Shown here in pieces: positions 9,379 through 19,210 of a stretch of 64,000 nucleotides of DNA. Location: contig JAFDXJ010000021.1 of NCBI GenBank assembly GCA_018268015.1, forward strand, positions 10,965 to 74,964, read 5' to 3'. The stretch is from Bacteroidota bacterium (GTDB lineage: Bacteria > Bacteroidota > Bacteroidia > Chitinophagales > Chitinophagaceae). A program made the translations under genes and the position numbers. The notes beneath the pieces are model-generated. The model worked only from the letters and a program-made list of their open reading frames with translations, had not been told where the DNA came from and did no database searches. Each line of letters starts with the position of its first letter. Within the stretch, counting starts at the first letter, position 1.

Positions 9379-11187
9379 ATGGATATTAGGAATATAGCCA
9401 TCATCGCACACGTAGATCATGGGAAGACCACATTAGTGGACAAAATTTTACATGCTACAAAAGTCTTTCGGGATAACCAGGAGACCGGGGAACTGATCAT
9501 GGATAGTAATGATCTAGAACGTGAAAGAGGGATTACCATTTTTAGTAAGAATGCTGCCGTTCTTTATAAAGGCATTAAAATAAACGTGATTGATACGCCC
9601 GGCCACAGTGATTTTGGTGGTGAGGTGGAACGTGTATTAAAAATGGCGGAAGGTGTTATTTTATTGGTAGATGCATTTGAAGGCCCTATGCCTCAAACTC
9701 GTTTTGTCTTACAAAAAGCACTGCAATTAAAATTGAAACCCATTGTAGTAATCAATAAAGTAGATAAACCAAATTGCCGCCCTGACGAAGTGCATGATGC
9801 GGTATTTGAGCTCTTCTTCAACCTTGATGCTACTGAAGAGCAATTGGATTTTCCTACATTTTATGGCAGTGGGAAAAATGGATGGTTCAATAGTTCACTC
9901 ACTCAAACTGATAATATATTACCCTTATTAGATGGCATTCTTGAATATGTTCCGGCGCCAAATATCAAAGAGGGATCTCTGCAAATGCAAATAACATCCC
10001 TGGATTATTCTTCTTTCCTGGGCCGCATAGCTATAGGAAAAGTTAGTCGGGGAACGATTAAAGAAAATCAAACGATTGCCCTGATGCAACCGGATGGGAT
10101 AAAGAAACTCCGGGTAAAAGAGTTATATGTTTTTGAAGGAATGGGTAAGAAAAAAGTAACAGAAGTAGTTGCCGGAGATTTATGTGCCGTGGTTGGTCTG
10201 GACGATTTTAATATCGGGGATACAATTGCTGATATTGAAAACCCGGAAGCATTACCCTTAATCAGTGTTGATGAACCCACCATGAGTATGCTTTTTAGCA
10301 TCAATAATTCCCCTTTCTTTGGCCGTGACGGAAAATTTGTTACTTCCCGCCATCTGAGGGATCGTTTGATGAAAGAAACAGAAAAAAATCTTGCATTACG
10401 GGTGGAAGATGCGGATAATGCAGATAGTTTCATGGTATATGGCAGAGGAATTTTGCATTTAGGCATATTGGTAGAAACGATGCGCCGCGAAGGTTATGAA
10501 CTCACCGTGGGTCAGCCACAGGTGCTGGTGAAATATATTGATGGAAAAAAATGTGAGCCTTATGAAAATCTGGTCGTGGATGTACCTTCAGATTTTAGCG
10601 GAAAAGTAATTGACCTCGTCACACAAAGAAAAGGCGAATTACATATTATGGAAACAAAAGGAGAGATGCAACACCTGGAATTTGAAATTCCCTCCAGAGG
10701 CCTTATAGGCCTGCGTTCCAATATGCTTACCAATACTGCCGGTGAGGCAGTAATGGCACATCGCTTCATTGAATACAAACCCTGGAAAGGGAATATCCCC
10801 GGAAGAAATAATGGAGTATTATTGTCAAAGAACCAGGAACGGACAACCGGTTATTCCATAGACAAATTACAAGATAGAGGAACTTTCTTTGTTGATCCGG
10901 GTGAAGAAGTCTATGTAGGACAAATTATTGCTGAACATATTAAACCCGGTGATTTAGTGGTGAATGCTACTGAACCTAAAAAGCTCACCAATCATCGTGC
11001 AAGCGGTAGTGATGATGCTTCACGCATTGCTCCGAAAGTCTTAATGAGTCTTGAAGAGTGTATGGAATATATCCAACAGGATGAATGTATAGAAGTCACT
11101 CCTAAAAATATCCGCTTGCGAAAAGTAGTTTTAGATGAAGAGGAACGTAAAAAAATGCAGCGCAGTTCTAAAGTGGAAGTAGCCTAA
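9379..11187 (+). CDS. typA: Translational GTPase TypA/BipA
   Basis: G motifs [14 protein letters not shown] and NKVD. 602 aa, with typical BipA length and C-terminal domain. Confidence 0.95.
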   Translation: MDIRNIAIIAHVDHGKTTLVDKILHATKVFRDNQETGELIMDSNDLERERGITIFSKNAAVLYKGIKINVIDTPGHSDFGGEVERVLKMAEGVILLVDAFEGPMPQTRFVLQKALQLKLKPIVVINKVDKPNCRPDEVHDAVFELFFNLDATEEQLDFPTFYGSGKNGWFNSSLTQTDNILPLLDGILEYVPAPNIKEGSLQMQITSLDYSSFLGRIAIGKVSRGTIKENQTIALMQPDGIKKLRVKELYVFEGMGKKKVTEVVAGDLCAVVGLDDFNIGDTIADIENPEALPLISVDEPTMSMLFSINNSPFFGRDGKFVTSRHLRDRLMKETEKNLALRVEDADNADSFMVYGRGILHLGILVETMRREGYELTVGQPQVLVKYIDGKKCEPYENLVVDVPSDFSGKVIDLVTQRKGELHIMETKGEMQHLEFEIPSRGLIGLRSNMLTNTAGEAVMAHRFIEYKPWKGNIPGRNNGVLLSKNQERTTGYSIDKLQDRGTFFVDPGEEVYVGQIIAEHIKPGDLVVNATEPKKLTNHRASGSDDASRIAPKVLMSLEECMEYIQQDECIEVTPKNIRLRKVVLDEEERKKMQRSSKVEVA

Positions 11188-11212
11188 TTTCATTTACACC
11201 TATAAAATTTTT

Positions 11213-11260
11213 CAGGTATTCCTACCCAAAATAACGGGGTAAGAATACCTGTTTTTGTTT
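11213..11260 (+). terminator. Intrinsic terminator of typA
   Basis: CAGGTATTCCTACCC (11213-11227) pairs with GGGTAAGAATACCTG (11237-11251) with one mismatch and a 9-nt loop. It is followed by TTTTTGTTT. Confidence 0.75.
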
Positions 11261-11284
11261 TACAAAAAATCTCATGAAAGAATC

Positions 11285-11319
11285 GGTGAAAAATCACCGC
11301 AAAAATGTGAAAAATCACC
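11285..11319. repeat. Two copies of the palindrome GTGAAAAATCAC(C), spaced 21 bp centre to centre
   Basis: GGTGAAAAATCACC at 11285-11298 and TGTGAAAAATCACC at 11306-11319. Each has GTGA/TCAC inverted arms around AAAA. Confidence 0.6.
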
Positions 11320-11351
11320 TTTTTTAACCACCCCAACCGGTACTATCTTTA

Positions 11352-11462
11352 CAATAGTAATCAAACTAACAGTTTAAACACCAGGTCGTTGTTAACTTAT
11401 AAATTTTTTCTTGGGGGGTTATATGCTGACTAAAACGGCGGTTTTCTAACCGCTGTTTTTTT
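11352..11462 (+). ncRNA. Candidate small non-coding transcript (hypothetical; family not recognised)
   Basis: Near-consensus -7 box TATCTTTA (11344-11351) and a second + strand intrinsic terminator (11435-11462). No ORF longer than 17 codons lies between them. Confidence 0.2.
11435..11462. terminator. Bidirectional-looking intrinsic terminator (queA on the minus strand; possible + strand transcript)
   Basis: ACGGCGGTT (11435-11443) pairs with AACCGCTGT (11448-11456), loop TTCT. There is a T7 run on the + strand and a T4 run on the minus strand. It lies 38 nt beyond the queA stop. Confidence 0.65.
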
Positions 11463-11500
11463 ATGCCCGATTTTTCAATACCATAGCCAAAGCACGAATA

Positions 11501-12550
11501 TTATATAATCAGCATGGCATCTCCGTAAGTAAAGAAATTATACTTATCCTTAATGGCCTTTTTGTATGCTTCCATTATCAAATCGTATCCGGCGAAAGCA
11601 CAGGTCATAATAAGCAAACCTGTTTTGGGTAAATGAAAATTGGTAACCAGGCTATCAGCCACATTAAATTGATAGGGAGGATGAATAAATATATTTGTCC
11701 AACCTTCGCTGGGTTTCAAGAGCTTTTGAGCTGTAAAACTGGTTTCCATAGCACGCATAGTGGTCGTACCAATGGAGCAGATTCGATGATTTGTTTGTTT
11801 TGCCTTATTGACTATCGCACAGGCTGCTTCATCAATTTTATAATATTCTGCATCCATTTTATGTTTGCTGAGATCTTCCACTTCAATGGGCCTGAAAGTT
11901 CCTAAACCGGTATGTAAAGTCACTTCTGCAAAACGAATACCTTGTATTTCGCATCGCTTAATAAGTTCTTTACTAAAATGAAAACCGGCAGTTGGAGCTG
12001 CTACAGCTCCTTCATATTTAGCATATACGGTTTGGTAGCGTTCTTTATCAAGCTCATCCGGGCGCCTTTTAATATATTTAGGAAGGGGCGTTTCACCAAG
12101 AAAAGCCAATACCTGGCGAAAGCTTTCATCATCTCTTTCCCAGAGAAAACGGATTGTACGCCCACGGCTGGTTGTATTATCTATCACTTCAGCTACCAGT
12201 TCATCATTTTCTCCAAAATACAATTTATTCCCAACGCGTATTTTTCGGGCAGGATCAACGATCACATCCCAAAGTTTATTGGTACGGTTTAATTCCCTTA
12301 AGAGAAAAACTTCAATCTTCGCACCTGTTTTTTCCTTACGACCATACATTCTGGCCGGAAACACTTTGGTATTATTCACAACGAATGTATCCTTGTCATC
12401 GAAATAATCAAGGATATTGCTAAATTGTTTATTCTCTATTTTCCCTGTTTTTCTTTCAATGACCATCAGGCGGCTGTCTTCACGGCGTTTTGTAGGATTT
12501 TGTGCAATAAGGTTTAGCGGAAGATCAAAACGGAATTGTGATAATTTCAT
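11501..12550 (-). CDS. queA: S-adenosylmethionine:tRNA ribosyltransferase-isomerase
   Basis: Full-length QueA pattern: N-terminal [12 protein letters not shown], then [10 protein letters not shown] and [12 protein letters not shown]. Confidence 0.93.
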   Translation of the reverse strand: MKLSQFRFDLPLNLIAQNPTKRREDSRLMVIERKTGKIENKQFSNILDYFDDKDTFVVNNTKVFPARMYGRKEKTGAKIEVFLLRELNRTNKLWDVIVDPARKIRVGNKLYFGENDELVAEVIDNTTSRGRTIRFLWERDDESFRQVLAFLGETPLPKYIKRRPDELDKERYQTVYAKYEGAVAAPTAGFHFSKELIKRCEIQGIRFAEVTLHTGLGTFRPIEVEDLSKHKMDAEYYKIDEAACAIVNKAKQTNHRICSIGTTTMRAMETSFTAQKLLKPSEGWTNIFIHPPYQFNVADSLVTNFHLPKTGLLIMTCAFAGYDLIMEAYKKAIKDKYNFFTYGDAMLII

Positions 12551-12644
12551 GTATTATTGATATTAAGGTAAACAGGTTACATGTTACCTGCCACCGCCTT
12601 ACGGGGCGGCTGTGCCATGTAGATACTTTTATAAATAAAGCGGG

Positions 12645-12652
12645 CAAAGTTA
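12645..12652 (-). promoter_or_regulatory. -7 box TAACTTTG (minus strand), ~95 nt upstream of queA
   Basis: The plus-strand sequence CAAAGTTA is the reverse complement of TAnnTTTG. It lies 25 nt after the upstream ABC gene stop. Confidence 0.35.
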
Positions 12653-12676
12653 TGCCATGATAGGAAGTTAAAAAAA

Positions 12677-14425
12677 TTATTCTATGTTTTGATTTCCCGG
12701 TATAAAATACTCTTTCCCGGGAATAGCCTCCAGCAGCCTCTTTGTATATTCCGTTTGAGGATTCTCATAAATATCTTTGGTAAGACCTTTTTCTATAATC
12801 CTGCCTTTATCCATAACAAGGATTCTATCACTGATATAACGAATGACAGAAAGATCATGTGAAATAAATAATGCCGTAAACTGAAAAAGTTCTTTCAGTT
12901 CATTCAATAAATTTAAAATCTGCGCCTGTACATTCATATCAAGTGCAGAAACACTTTCGTCACAAATTACAAATGTGGGGTTCAATGCCAACGCTCTCGC
13001 AATCACAATGCGTTGTCGCTGCCCACCACTGCATTCATGAGGATATCGGTAATAAAATTGTTCCTTTAGACCAGTTTTAATCAGTAACTCTACCACTCGA
13101 TTTTTTATTTCCTTCCTTTTCAAGCTTGCATAATGCACTTTTAAAGGTTCAGCAATAGCATCTCCCACACGAATTCGCGGATTAAGAGAAGAATAGGGAT
13201 CCTGGAAAATAACCTGAATCATCGTGCGTTGTTTCCTCATTTCCTTTGCCGATAATTGAGACAGGTCCTTTCCACGGAAAAAGATTTTGCCCTCTGTAAT
13301 GGGTTGTAACTTTGCTAATGCACGTCCAAGTGTAGTTTTACCACAACCGGATTCCCCAACCAATCCAAGCGTTTCTCCCTCGAAGATGTCAAAGGAAACA
13401 TCTTTGACCGCATGAACCGAAGGTGCGTGAGCTCCTAGAAATCTTTTTTCCCCCTGAAAAATCACATTCACAGATTGTAGGGAAACTAAAACCGGAGTAA
13501 TTTTCTTTTCAATATGGTTAATCGAGTCTCTATCTTTTTTGAATAATTCCACCACTTTTTTTTCATAATTTGGATTATTCAGAAAATCATCAATGACAGG
13601 TAATTTATCCCCCTTGGCATATAAAGAAGGGCGGCAATACAATAAACTTTTTGTATAAGGATGTGTTGGTGATTTTAAAATTGTATCTCGTGATCCTGTT
13701 TCCACTATTTCTCCTTTATACATGACCACGATCCTGTCTGCTATTTCTGCCACAACACCTAAATCATGAGAAATAAATAATACAGCCATGCCAAATTTCT
13801 TTCGAACAGACTGAATGAGTTCTAAAATATTTTTTTGCACGATCGTATCCAATGCCGTAGTAGGTTCATCGCATACCAGAAGCGCCGGTTTGCAGCAGAT
13901 GGCCATTGCAATCATTACGCGCTGTTGCTGCCCCCCACTTAATTGATGAGGATACTTTTTGAAAAGTAATTCAGGATGAGGCAAAGCGAGTTCATTCAAT
14001 AAATGAATTACCTCTTCACCGGCTTTATCATCACTCCATTTCTGATGAGCTTTCATTGCTTCTACTAACTGTGCGCCACAAGTAAGAACCGGGTTTAATG
14101 AACTCATAGGTTCCTGGAAAACAATACCAATTTTATTTCCGCGTATGTTTTCAAGTACTTTAAAACTTGAATCATTCAGGGTAATGGATTGATTTTTTGT
14201 AAAGAAAATAATTTCACCACTTTGTTTTTTAGCAGGCATGGGTGGCAACAATTGCAAAATAGACAATGCCGTTACTGATTTTCCGGAACCGGATTCTCCA
14301 ACAATGGCAAGTATTTCCCCTTCTTTTATTTGTAAAGATATATTACGGATTGCCGGGATATAGATATCATTTGATAAAAATGAAACAGAAAAATTTTTGA
14401 TTTCCAATACATTTTTTTCAGCCAT
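12677..14425 (-). CDS. ABC transporter ATP-binding protein with two fused nucleotide-binding domains (Dpp/Opp-type ATPase)
   Basis: Two Walker A motifs ([16 protein letters not shown]), two signature motifs ([16 protein letters not shown]), and two Walker B sites followed by an SHD motif. Confidence 0.9.
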   Translation of the reverse strand: MAEKNVLEIKNFSVSFLSNDIYIPAIRNISLQIKEGEILAIVGESGSGKSVTALSILQLLPPMPAKKQSGEIIFFTKNQSITLNDSSFKVLENIRGNKIGIVFQEPMSSLNPVLTCGAQLVEAMKAHQKWSDDKAGEEVIHLLNELALPHPELLFKKYPHQLSGGQQQRVMIAMAICCKPALLVCDEPTTALDTIVQKNILELIQSVRKKFGMAVLFISHDLGVVAEIADRIVVMYKGEIVETGSRDTILKSPTHPYTKSLLYCRPSLYAKGDKLPVIDDFLNNPNYEKKVVELFKKDRDSINHIEKKITPVLVSLQSVNVIFQGEKRFLGAHAPSVHAVKDVSFDIFEGETLGLVGESGCGKTTLGRALAKLQPITEGKIFFRGKDLSQLSAKEMRKQRTMIQVIFQDPYSSLNPRIRVGDAIAEPLKVHYASLKRKEIKNRVVELLIKTGLKEQFYYRYPHECSGGQRQRIVIARALALNPTFVICDESVSALDMNVQAQILNLLNELKELFQFTALFISHDLSVIRYISDRILVMDKGRIIEKGLTKDIYENPQTEYTKRLLEAIPGKEYFIPGNQNIE

Positions 14426-14501
14426 TCAAATGACATTTAAACTTTAGAAAAGATGACGATGTTTGTAAATATACAATATAGCAGCATGATTATATTTGCA
14501 G

Positions 14502-14933
14502 ATGCTTTCTGTTCAATTTCCCGATCATCAATTTAACCTAAAAAAGGAAAATAATGCAACATTCATTTTTGATGAAGTCCGGAAAAAATGGTTGGTATTG
14601 ACTCCAGAAGAATGGGTCCGTCAAAATTTTGTTCAATACCTCATCAAATCTAAAAAATACCCGTCGACTTGTATTGCATTAGAAAAATCATTTAAACTGG
14701 GAGAAATGAAAAAGAGATTTGATATCGTAGTGTATAAAAATCAGGTACCCTGGATATTAGTAGAATGTAAAAATGAAAAAATCCCATTAGATGAAAGTAT
14801 TTTAAAGCAAGTCTTAATTTATCACCAAAAAATCAAGGCAAATATTTTAATCATCACAAACGGACAGCAGTCATTCGCTGTTGAATTAAAAGGTGACCTT
14901 TCCTATCAACTGCAATCTTTACCGGAGTGGTAA
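14502..14933 (+). CDS. HsdR N-terminal-domain-like PD-(D/E)xK fold protein (stand-alone)
   Basis: Has EEWVRQNFVQYL and the nuclease-like core RFDIVVY...WILVECK. ATG 14502 is preferred over the listed TTG 14496. Confidence 0.6.
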   Translation: MLSVQFPDHQFNLKKENNATFIFDEVRKKWLVLTPEEWVRQNFVQYLIKSKKYPSTCIALEKSFKLGEMKKRFDIVVYKNQVPWILVECKNEKIPLDESILKQVLIYHQKIKANILIITNGQQSFAVELKGDLSYQLQSLPEW

Positions 14934-15028
14934 TATCAATCACCCATAATTTTAAAAAAAACAGGTTAATTATTTGGCTTTTAGATTTTAAAAGTTAGAT
15001 TTACAATCCATTTACTAAAAAATTTATT

Positions 15029-18000
15029 ATGAAAAAATGTATTTACACTTTGAAGCACCCATTTTTTCTATTACTTGTTTCTATGCTTTGCATAAAGCAG
15101 ATACATGCACAACAAGTAATCAGCAATGAATCAGTGATGAAACTGATTAGCGAAAATGCCAGTAAGCTTTTACTTTCAACCGAAGACCAGGCTAACTCAA
15201 GGATTTCTTCAGTTTACCAGGATAACCGTACCGGGTTATTAATGGTTTATTTACAACAAACCTACAAAGGAGTGGATGTATATAATTCCATTCAAACCAT
15301 CGGTTTTAAAAATGGAAAAACCATAACTACATCTGGAATCCGTGTACCTAAAATGATTGCCAGGGCTAACAGTCAGAATGCAGTTCCGGGTATCAGTTCA
15401 TCAGATGCTGTTCGCATAGCAGCCGCTAATGTAAATGTTCCTGTTTCTGTCAACATTGCGCCATTAAAAACCATTAATGATGGCAGAGATTTTGTTTTTG
15501 GAAAATTAGGTATCTCAGACGTAGATGTAAAAGCACGTCAGGTATGGGTATATGATGAAAATACCGAACAAGCTAAATTATCCTGGCAAGTTGAATTAAA
15601 ACCCATTAATGCTTCCGATTACTGGCTCATCAATGTAGATGCATTGAAAGGTAATGTTATTGGTAAAGATAATTTGACTGTATATGATAATTGGGACAAT
15701 CCTGCCAATAATACAGCTGAGAAACAAACAACTCCAAAAGTATTTAATCAATTGGAAGAGCAAAAACAAACCTTTTTTGACCAGGGAAATGGAAGTTACC
15801 GCGTAATAGCTTATCCGGCGGAAAGCCCCAACCACCCAGGTGGAGCTCCATCCCTCCAAAATAATCCATGGGAACTTTCAGGTGCAGGAAATAATGCTAC
15901 TACACTTAAATGGAATTATGATGGTTCTACTCTTTTTGACAGTACAAATGGAAATAACGTTTTGGCTCAGGAAGACCGGAATGGGAATAATGGTTTTGGC
16001 AAAGGCGCTCATTCTTCTACAGCAGCCCCAGACTTAACATTTGATTATCCTCCTGATTTTAGCCAGGATCCAACAAATGCTATTAATCAACCTTTCAATA
16101 TTACCAATTTATTTTATTGGAATAATATTATGCATGACTTCTCTTATCAGTATGGTTTTGATGAGCCATCTGGTAATTTTCAGAGAAATAATTTAGGTCG
16201 TGGTGGATTTGGATTTGATTTTGTATATGCAGATGCCCAGGATGGCTCTGGTAGCAACAATGCAAATTTTTCCACCCCACCGGATGGAAATTCTCCCCGT
16301 ATGCAAATGTTTCTATTTAATGGTTCTCCCAAGATTGACGGAGATGCAGACAACGGTGTTATTTCTCACGAATATACACACGGTATATCTAACCGATTGA
16401 CCGGTGGCCCTAATACAACAAGTTGTTTAAATAATGGAGAACAAATGGGAGAAGGCTGGAGTGATTATTTTGCATTAATGGTTACAACCAACTGGGCCAC
16501 AGCTACAGTGAATGATGGTTCTTTAGCTCGCCCTATGGGTACCTATGTTTTTGGTCAACCAATAACCGGTGCCGGTATCCGCAATCATCCTTATTCAACC
16601 GATTTTGCCATTGATCCCTGGACCTATGCTATCCGTTCCAGTACCGGTGGAGAACCACACAACGTTGGTGAAATATGGACCACCGTTTTATGGGATATGA
16701 CCTGGGATTTAATTCAAGCAAAAGGTATTAACAGCAATGTTTTTGATGGTAATGGTACCAACGGAAATAATATTGCTATGAATTTGGTAACAACCGGACT
16801 GAAATTACAAAAATGCAGCCCTGGTTTCGTATCCGGTCGCGATGGCATATTAAAAGCAGACACAGTTTTATATGGTGGTCAATACAGTTGCATTATTTGG
16901 GATGCTTTTGCAAAAAGAGGATTGGGAATTTATGCCAGTGAAGGAAGCACAAATACCATTAATGATGGTAATGCAGATTTCACCTCTCCAAATACTGCAA
17001 CATTTACAAAACTTGTAGATAAAGATTCTGCTCAAAATGGTGAACAACTGACTTACACCTTTGAAATAAAAACCGGCTTCTGCGGAGGTATTTCTGATGA
17101 AGTCATTGTTGACACTATACCAGCCAATACCACTTATGTTAGTGGTGGAACTTATAATGCTGCAAAACGTACTGTTACATTTAATAATGTTACAGTTTTA
17201 CCAAATTCAACCGGTACTTATTCATTTATCGTTTCAGTAAATTCAGGAAGTTATTTCCCGCCGGTTACACATATTGATGAGCAGGTAGTGGGTAATAGTA
17301 TCCCCTCTGATTGGGTAAATACTTCTACAACCAGCACCACATGGACTGTAACCAATACAAAAAGTAATAGTTCGCCTAATTCATTTAAAGCAGCTGATGT
17401 TTCTACTTCTTCAGATGAAGAACTTACAACAGTAAATGCTTATAACCTTAATGGCACAAGCATTCTTAGTTTCTGGCACTACTACAATTGTGAATCCGGA
17501 TATGATGGCGGACTGGTTGAAATTAGCATTGATGGTGGTACGACCTGGATAGATGTGGCAGATAAATTTATTATGAATGGCTATAATGGCAAAATTTCAC
17601 CCAACTATGGATCATTCATTGCCGGCCGTCAAGCTTTCACTGGCAACTCTGGCAATGGTGGAGTATTTATTAATAGTCAAATAGATCTTTCTGTTTATGC
17701 AGGCAAATCAGCTAAAATCAGGTTTGTATTTGCAACTGATAATGTTGGTGGAGGAGATGGATGGTATGTAGATGATATCAAACTTACCAGTGCAGCATCT
17801 GTATATAATATCGCTTCAATTCTTGACAACTCAGGCGCTGTGAAAGCCGTTTCAGATACGGTTACATATTTAAAAGCCGGATCTTTACCAGTAACCTGGG
17901 GTAGTTTTACCGCAGAAAAACAAGGTATCACAAGCCTGTTGAAATGGAATACGTTTACTGAGATTAATGCAGACAGGTTTGATGTTGAGCGTAGTACAGA

Positions 18001-18418
18001 TGGAAATAACTTTACCGTAATAGGTACTGTAAAAGCAACCGGAAACAGTAACCAGGTGAACAATTATACTTACACAGATTCAAAACCCATGGAAGGAACT
18101 GACTACTATCGTCTCCGTGAAGTGGATATGGATGGACAGTATAGTTACTCAGAAATAAAAAGCCTGTACTTTGGAAGTGGAGATAATGCAATCAAAATTT
18201 CTCCAAATCCGGCGAAAGATAAAATCACTGTTAGCGTACCAGGCAACTCCAAAGAGCTGAAGATAACCATTGTAAATGCACAAGGCAGACAAGTGAAAAC
18301 ATTCACTATGAATGGCCAATATGCACAATTACAATTGCCATCCCTTGCTGCAGGAGTATATTATGTAAGAATTACCGGTGACGGTGTATCAAACAATCAG
18401 AAACTGGTTATAGAGTAA
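15029..18418 (+). CDS. Secreted M36 (fungalysin-family) zinc metalloprotease with C-terminal accessory domains and a T9SS type A sorting domain
   Basis: Signal peptide; propeptide-like N-terminus; zinc site VISHEYTHGISNRLTGG plus GEGWSDY. The C-terminus has the CTD pattern ISPNPAKDKITVSV...GVYYVRITGDGVSNNQKLVIE. Confidence 0.85.
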   Translation: MKKCIYTLKHPFFLLLVSMLCIKQIHAQQVISNESVMKLISENASKLLLSTEDQANSRISSVYQDNRTGLLMVYLQQTYKGVDVYNSIQTIGFKNGKTITTSGIRVPKMIARANSQNAVPGISSSDAVRIAAANVNVPVSVNIAPLKTINDGRDFVFGKLGISDVDVKARQVWVYDENTEQAKLSWQVELKPINASDYWLINVDALKGNVIGKDNLTVYDNWDNPANNTAEKQTTPKVFNQLEEQKQTFFDQGNGSYRVIAYPAESPNHPGGAPSLQNNPWELSGAGNNATTLKWNYDGSTLFDSTNGNNVLAQEDRNGNNGFGKGAHSSTAAPDLTFDYPPDFSQDPTNAINQPFNITNLFYWNNIMHDFSYQYGFDEPSGNFQRNNLGRGGFGFDFVYADAQDGSGSNNANFSTPPDGNSPRMQMFLFNGSPKIDGDADNGVISHEYTHGISNRLTGGPNTTSCLNNGEQMGEGWSDYFALMVTTNWATATVNDGSLARPMGTYVFGQPITGAGIRNHPYSTDFAIDPWTYAIRSSTGGEPHNVGEIWTTVLWDMTWDLIQAKGINSNVFDGNGTNGNNIAMNLVTTGLKLQKCSPGFVSGRDGILKADTVLYGGQYSCIIWDAFAKRGLGIYASEGSTNTINDGNADFTSPNTATFTKLVDKDSAQNGEQLTYTFEIKTGFCGGISDEVIVDTIPANTTYVSGGTYNAAKRTVTFNNVTVLPNSTGTYSFIVSVNSGSYFPPVTHIDEQVVGNSIPSDWVNTSTTSTTWTVTNTKSNSSPNSFKAADVSTSSDEELTTVNAYNLNGTSILSFWHYYNCESGYDGGLVEISIDGGTTWIDVADKFIMNGYNGKISPNYGSFIAGRQAFTGNSGNGGVFINSQIDLSVYAGKSAKIRFVFATDNVGGGDGWYVDDIKLTSAASVYNIASILDNSGAVKAVSDTVTYLKAGSLPVTWGSFTAEKQGITSLLKWNTFTEINADRFDVERSTDGNNFTVIGTVKATGNSNQVNNYTYTDSKPMEGTDYYRLREVDMDGQYSYSEIKSLYFGSGDNAIKISPNPAKDKITVSVPGNSKELKITIVNAQGRQVKTFTMNGQYAQLQLPSLAAGVYYVRITGDGVSNNQKLVIE

Positions 18419-18441
18419 GTATTTTTTCATGATTAGCATAT

Positions 18442-18474
18442 AAAGCGCAGGCATTCAAAACCTGCGCTTTTTTT
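18442..18474. terminator. Bidirectional intrinsic terminator between the convergent M36 protease gene and the cco cluster
   Basis: AAAGCGCAGG (18442-18451) pairs with CCTGCGCTTT (18461-18470), 9-nt loop. There is a T7 run on the + strand and a flanking A-run for the minus strand. Confidence 0.8.
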
Positions 18475-18496
18475 ATTTGTATATTTGATAAAATGA

Positions 18497-19210
18497 TTAC
18501 GGGCTGCACTCAATTGCCGTTGCCGGATGTTGTAAAACAGGGCTTAGAAAAGGTATACCAAGATTTAATCCTCGTAGAATAAGGATGACTCCCATTACTC
18601 CAATAATATAAGGAGAAATTATTTTAATGTATTTTCTGAATTTAGCGGGTATCAAACCACCCACCAATGATACAGACATCATGGCCGGTAAAGTGCCGGC
18701 ACCAAAAGCAGCCATAAATAAACTACTATATAAAATATGAGCAGAAGCCAATGCCCCCGCAATGGCCATATAAACCAAGCCGCAGGGTAGTAAACCATTT
18801 AATAAGCCAATCAGGAAAATTCCCCGATAGCTTTTTTTTTGATATATATTGGAAAGTTTTTGCGTAATCAGTTTATTCCAATTTTTCAGAATGCGGTTGT
18901 TCTGAAAAATATTTTGATGCATAATATGCATCAAAAAAATCAGGAGTAAAAAAATCCCAAGTGCAATTGAAAAAAATTGCTGCCATCCAAAGAATTGAAA
19001 TGTCATCCCTATCCATCCTAATAGGAGACCCAACAATGCATACACTAAAATACGGCCCAGATTATACAATAAAACTCCGGCAATTTTTTTTAATCCAGTT
19101 AAATGGCTGACAGGTAGTGATAAGGCAAGTGGTCCACACATACCAATACAATGAAAGCTTCCGAGAAAGCCCAGAGCCAGAGCAGAAAGTAACACCGGTA
19201 AAATCAACAC
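18497..19210 (-). CDS. DsbD_2 / TauE-SafE-like integral membrane protein, last gene of the cbb3 cluster
   Basis: Polytopic membrane protein with an HCIGMCGP motif in the first helix. The GTG start directly abuts the fixH-like stop. Confidence 0.6.
   Translation of the reverse strand: MLILPVLLSALALGFLGSFHCIGMCGPLALSLPVSHLTGLKKIAGVLLYNLGRILVYALLGLLLGWIGMTFQFFGWQQFFSIALGIFLLLIFLMHIMHQNIFQNNRILKNWNKLITQKLSNIYQKKSYRGIFLIGLLNGLLPCGLVYMAIAGALASAHILYSSLFMAAFGAGTLPAMMSVSLVGGLIPAKFRKYIKIISPYIIGVMGVILILRGLNLGIPFLSPVLQHPATAIECSP

Noticed and set aside
10068-10466. Antisense ORFs of 60-147 aa inside well-supported genes. Examples: 10068-10466 in typA, 17695-18063 in the M36 protease, 36934-37293 and 37417-37860 in nadB, 34908-35249 in ispG, and 53103-53402 in rny.
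   Set aside because: They lie fully inside strongly supported genes on the opposite strand and have low-complexity or unrecognisable sequences. They are typical shadow ORFs of AT-rich DNA.
11274-11327. 17-codon ORF MKESVKNHRKNVKNHLF with an internal VKNH repeat.
   Set aside because: The peptide repeat is simply the translation of the twin DNA palindromes. The ORF is too short, with no supporting features.
12551-12640. preQ1 or SAM riboswitch in the queA leader.
   Set aside because: The sequence does not fit the preQ1-I, preQ1-II or SAM consensus elements as I recall them. It is kept only as an unexplained structured leader in the findings.
14491-14498. TATATTTG -7 box candidate immediately upstream of the HsdR-N-like gene.
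   Set aside because: It ends only 3 nt before ATG 14502, so it would imply a leaderless or truncated mRNA. It may be coincidental and is not listed as a promoter.
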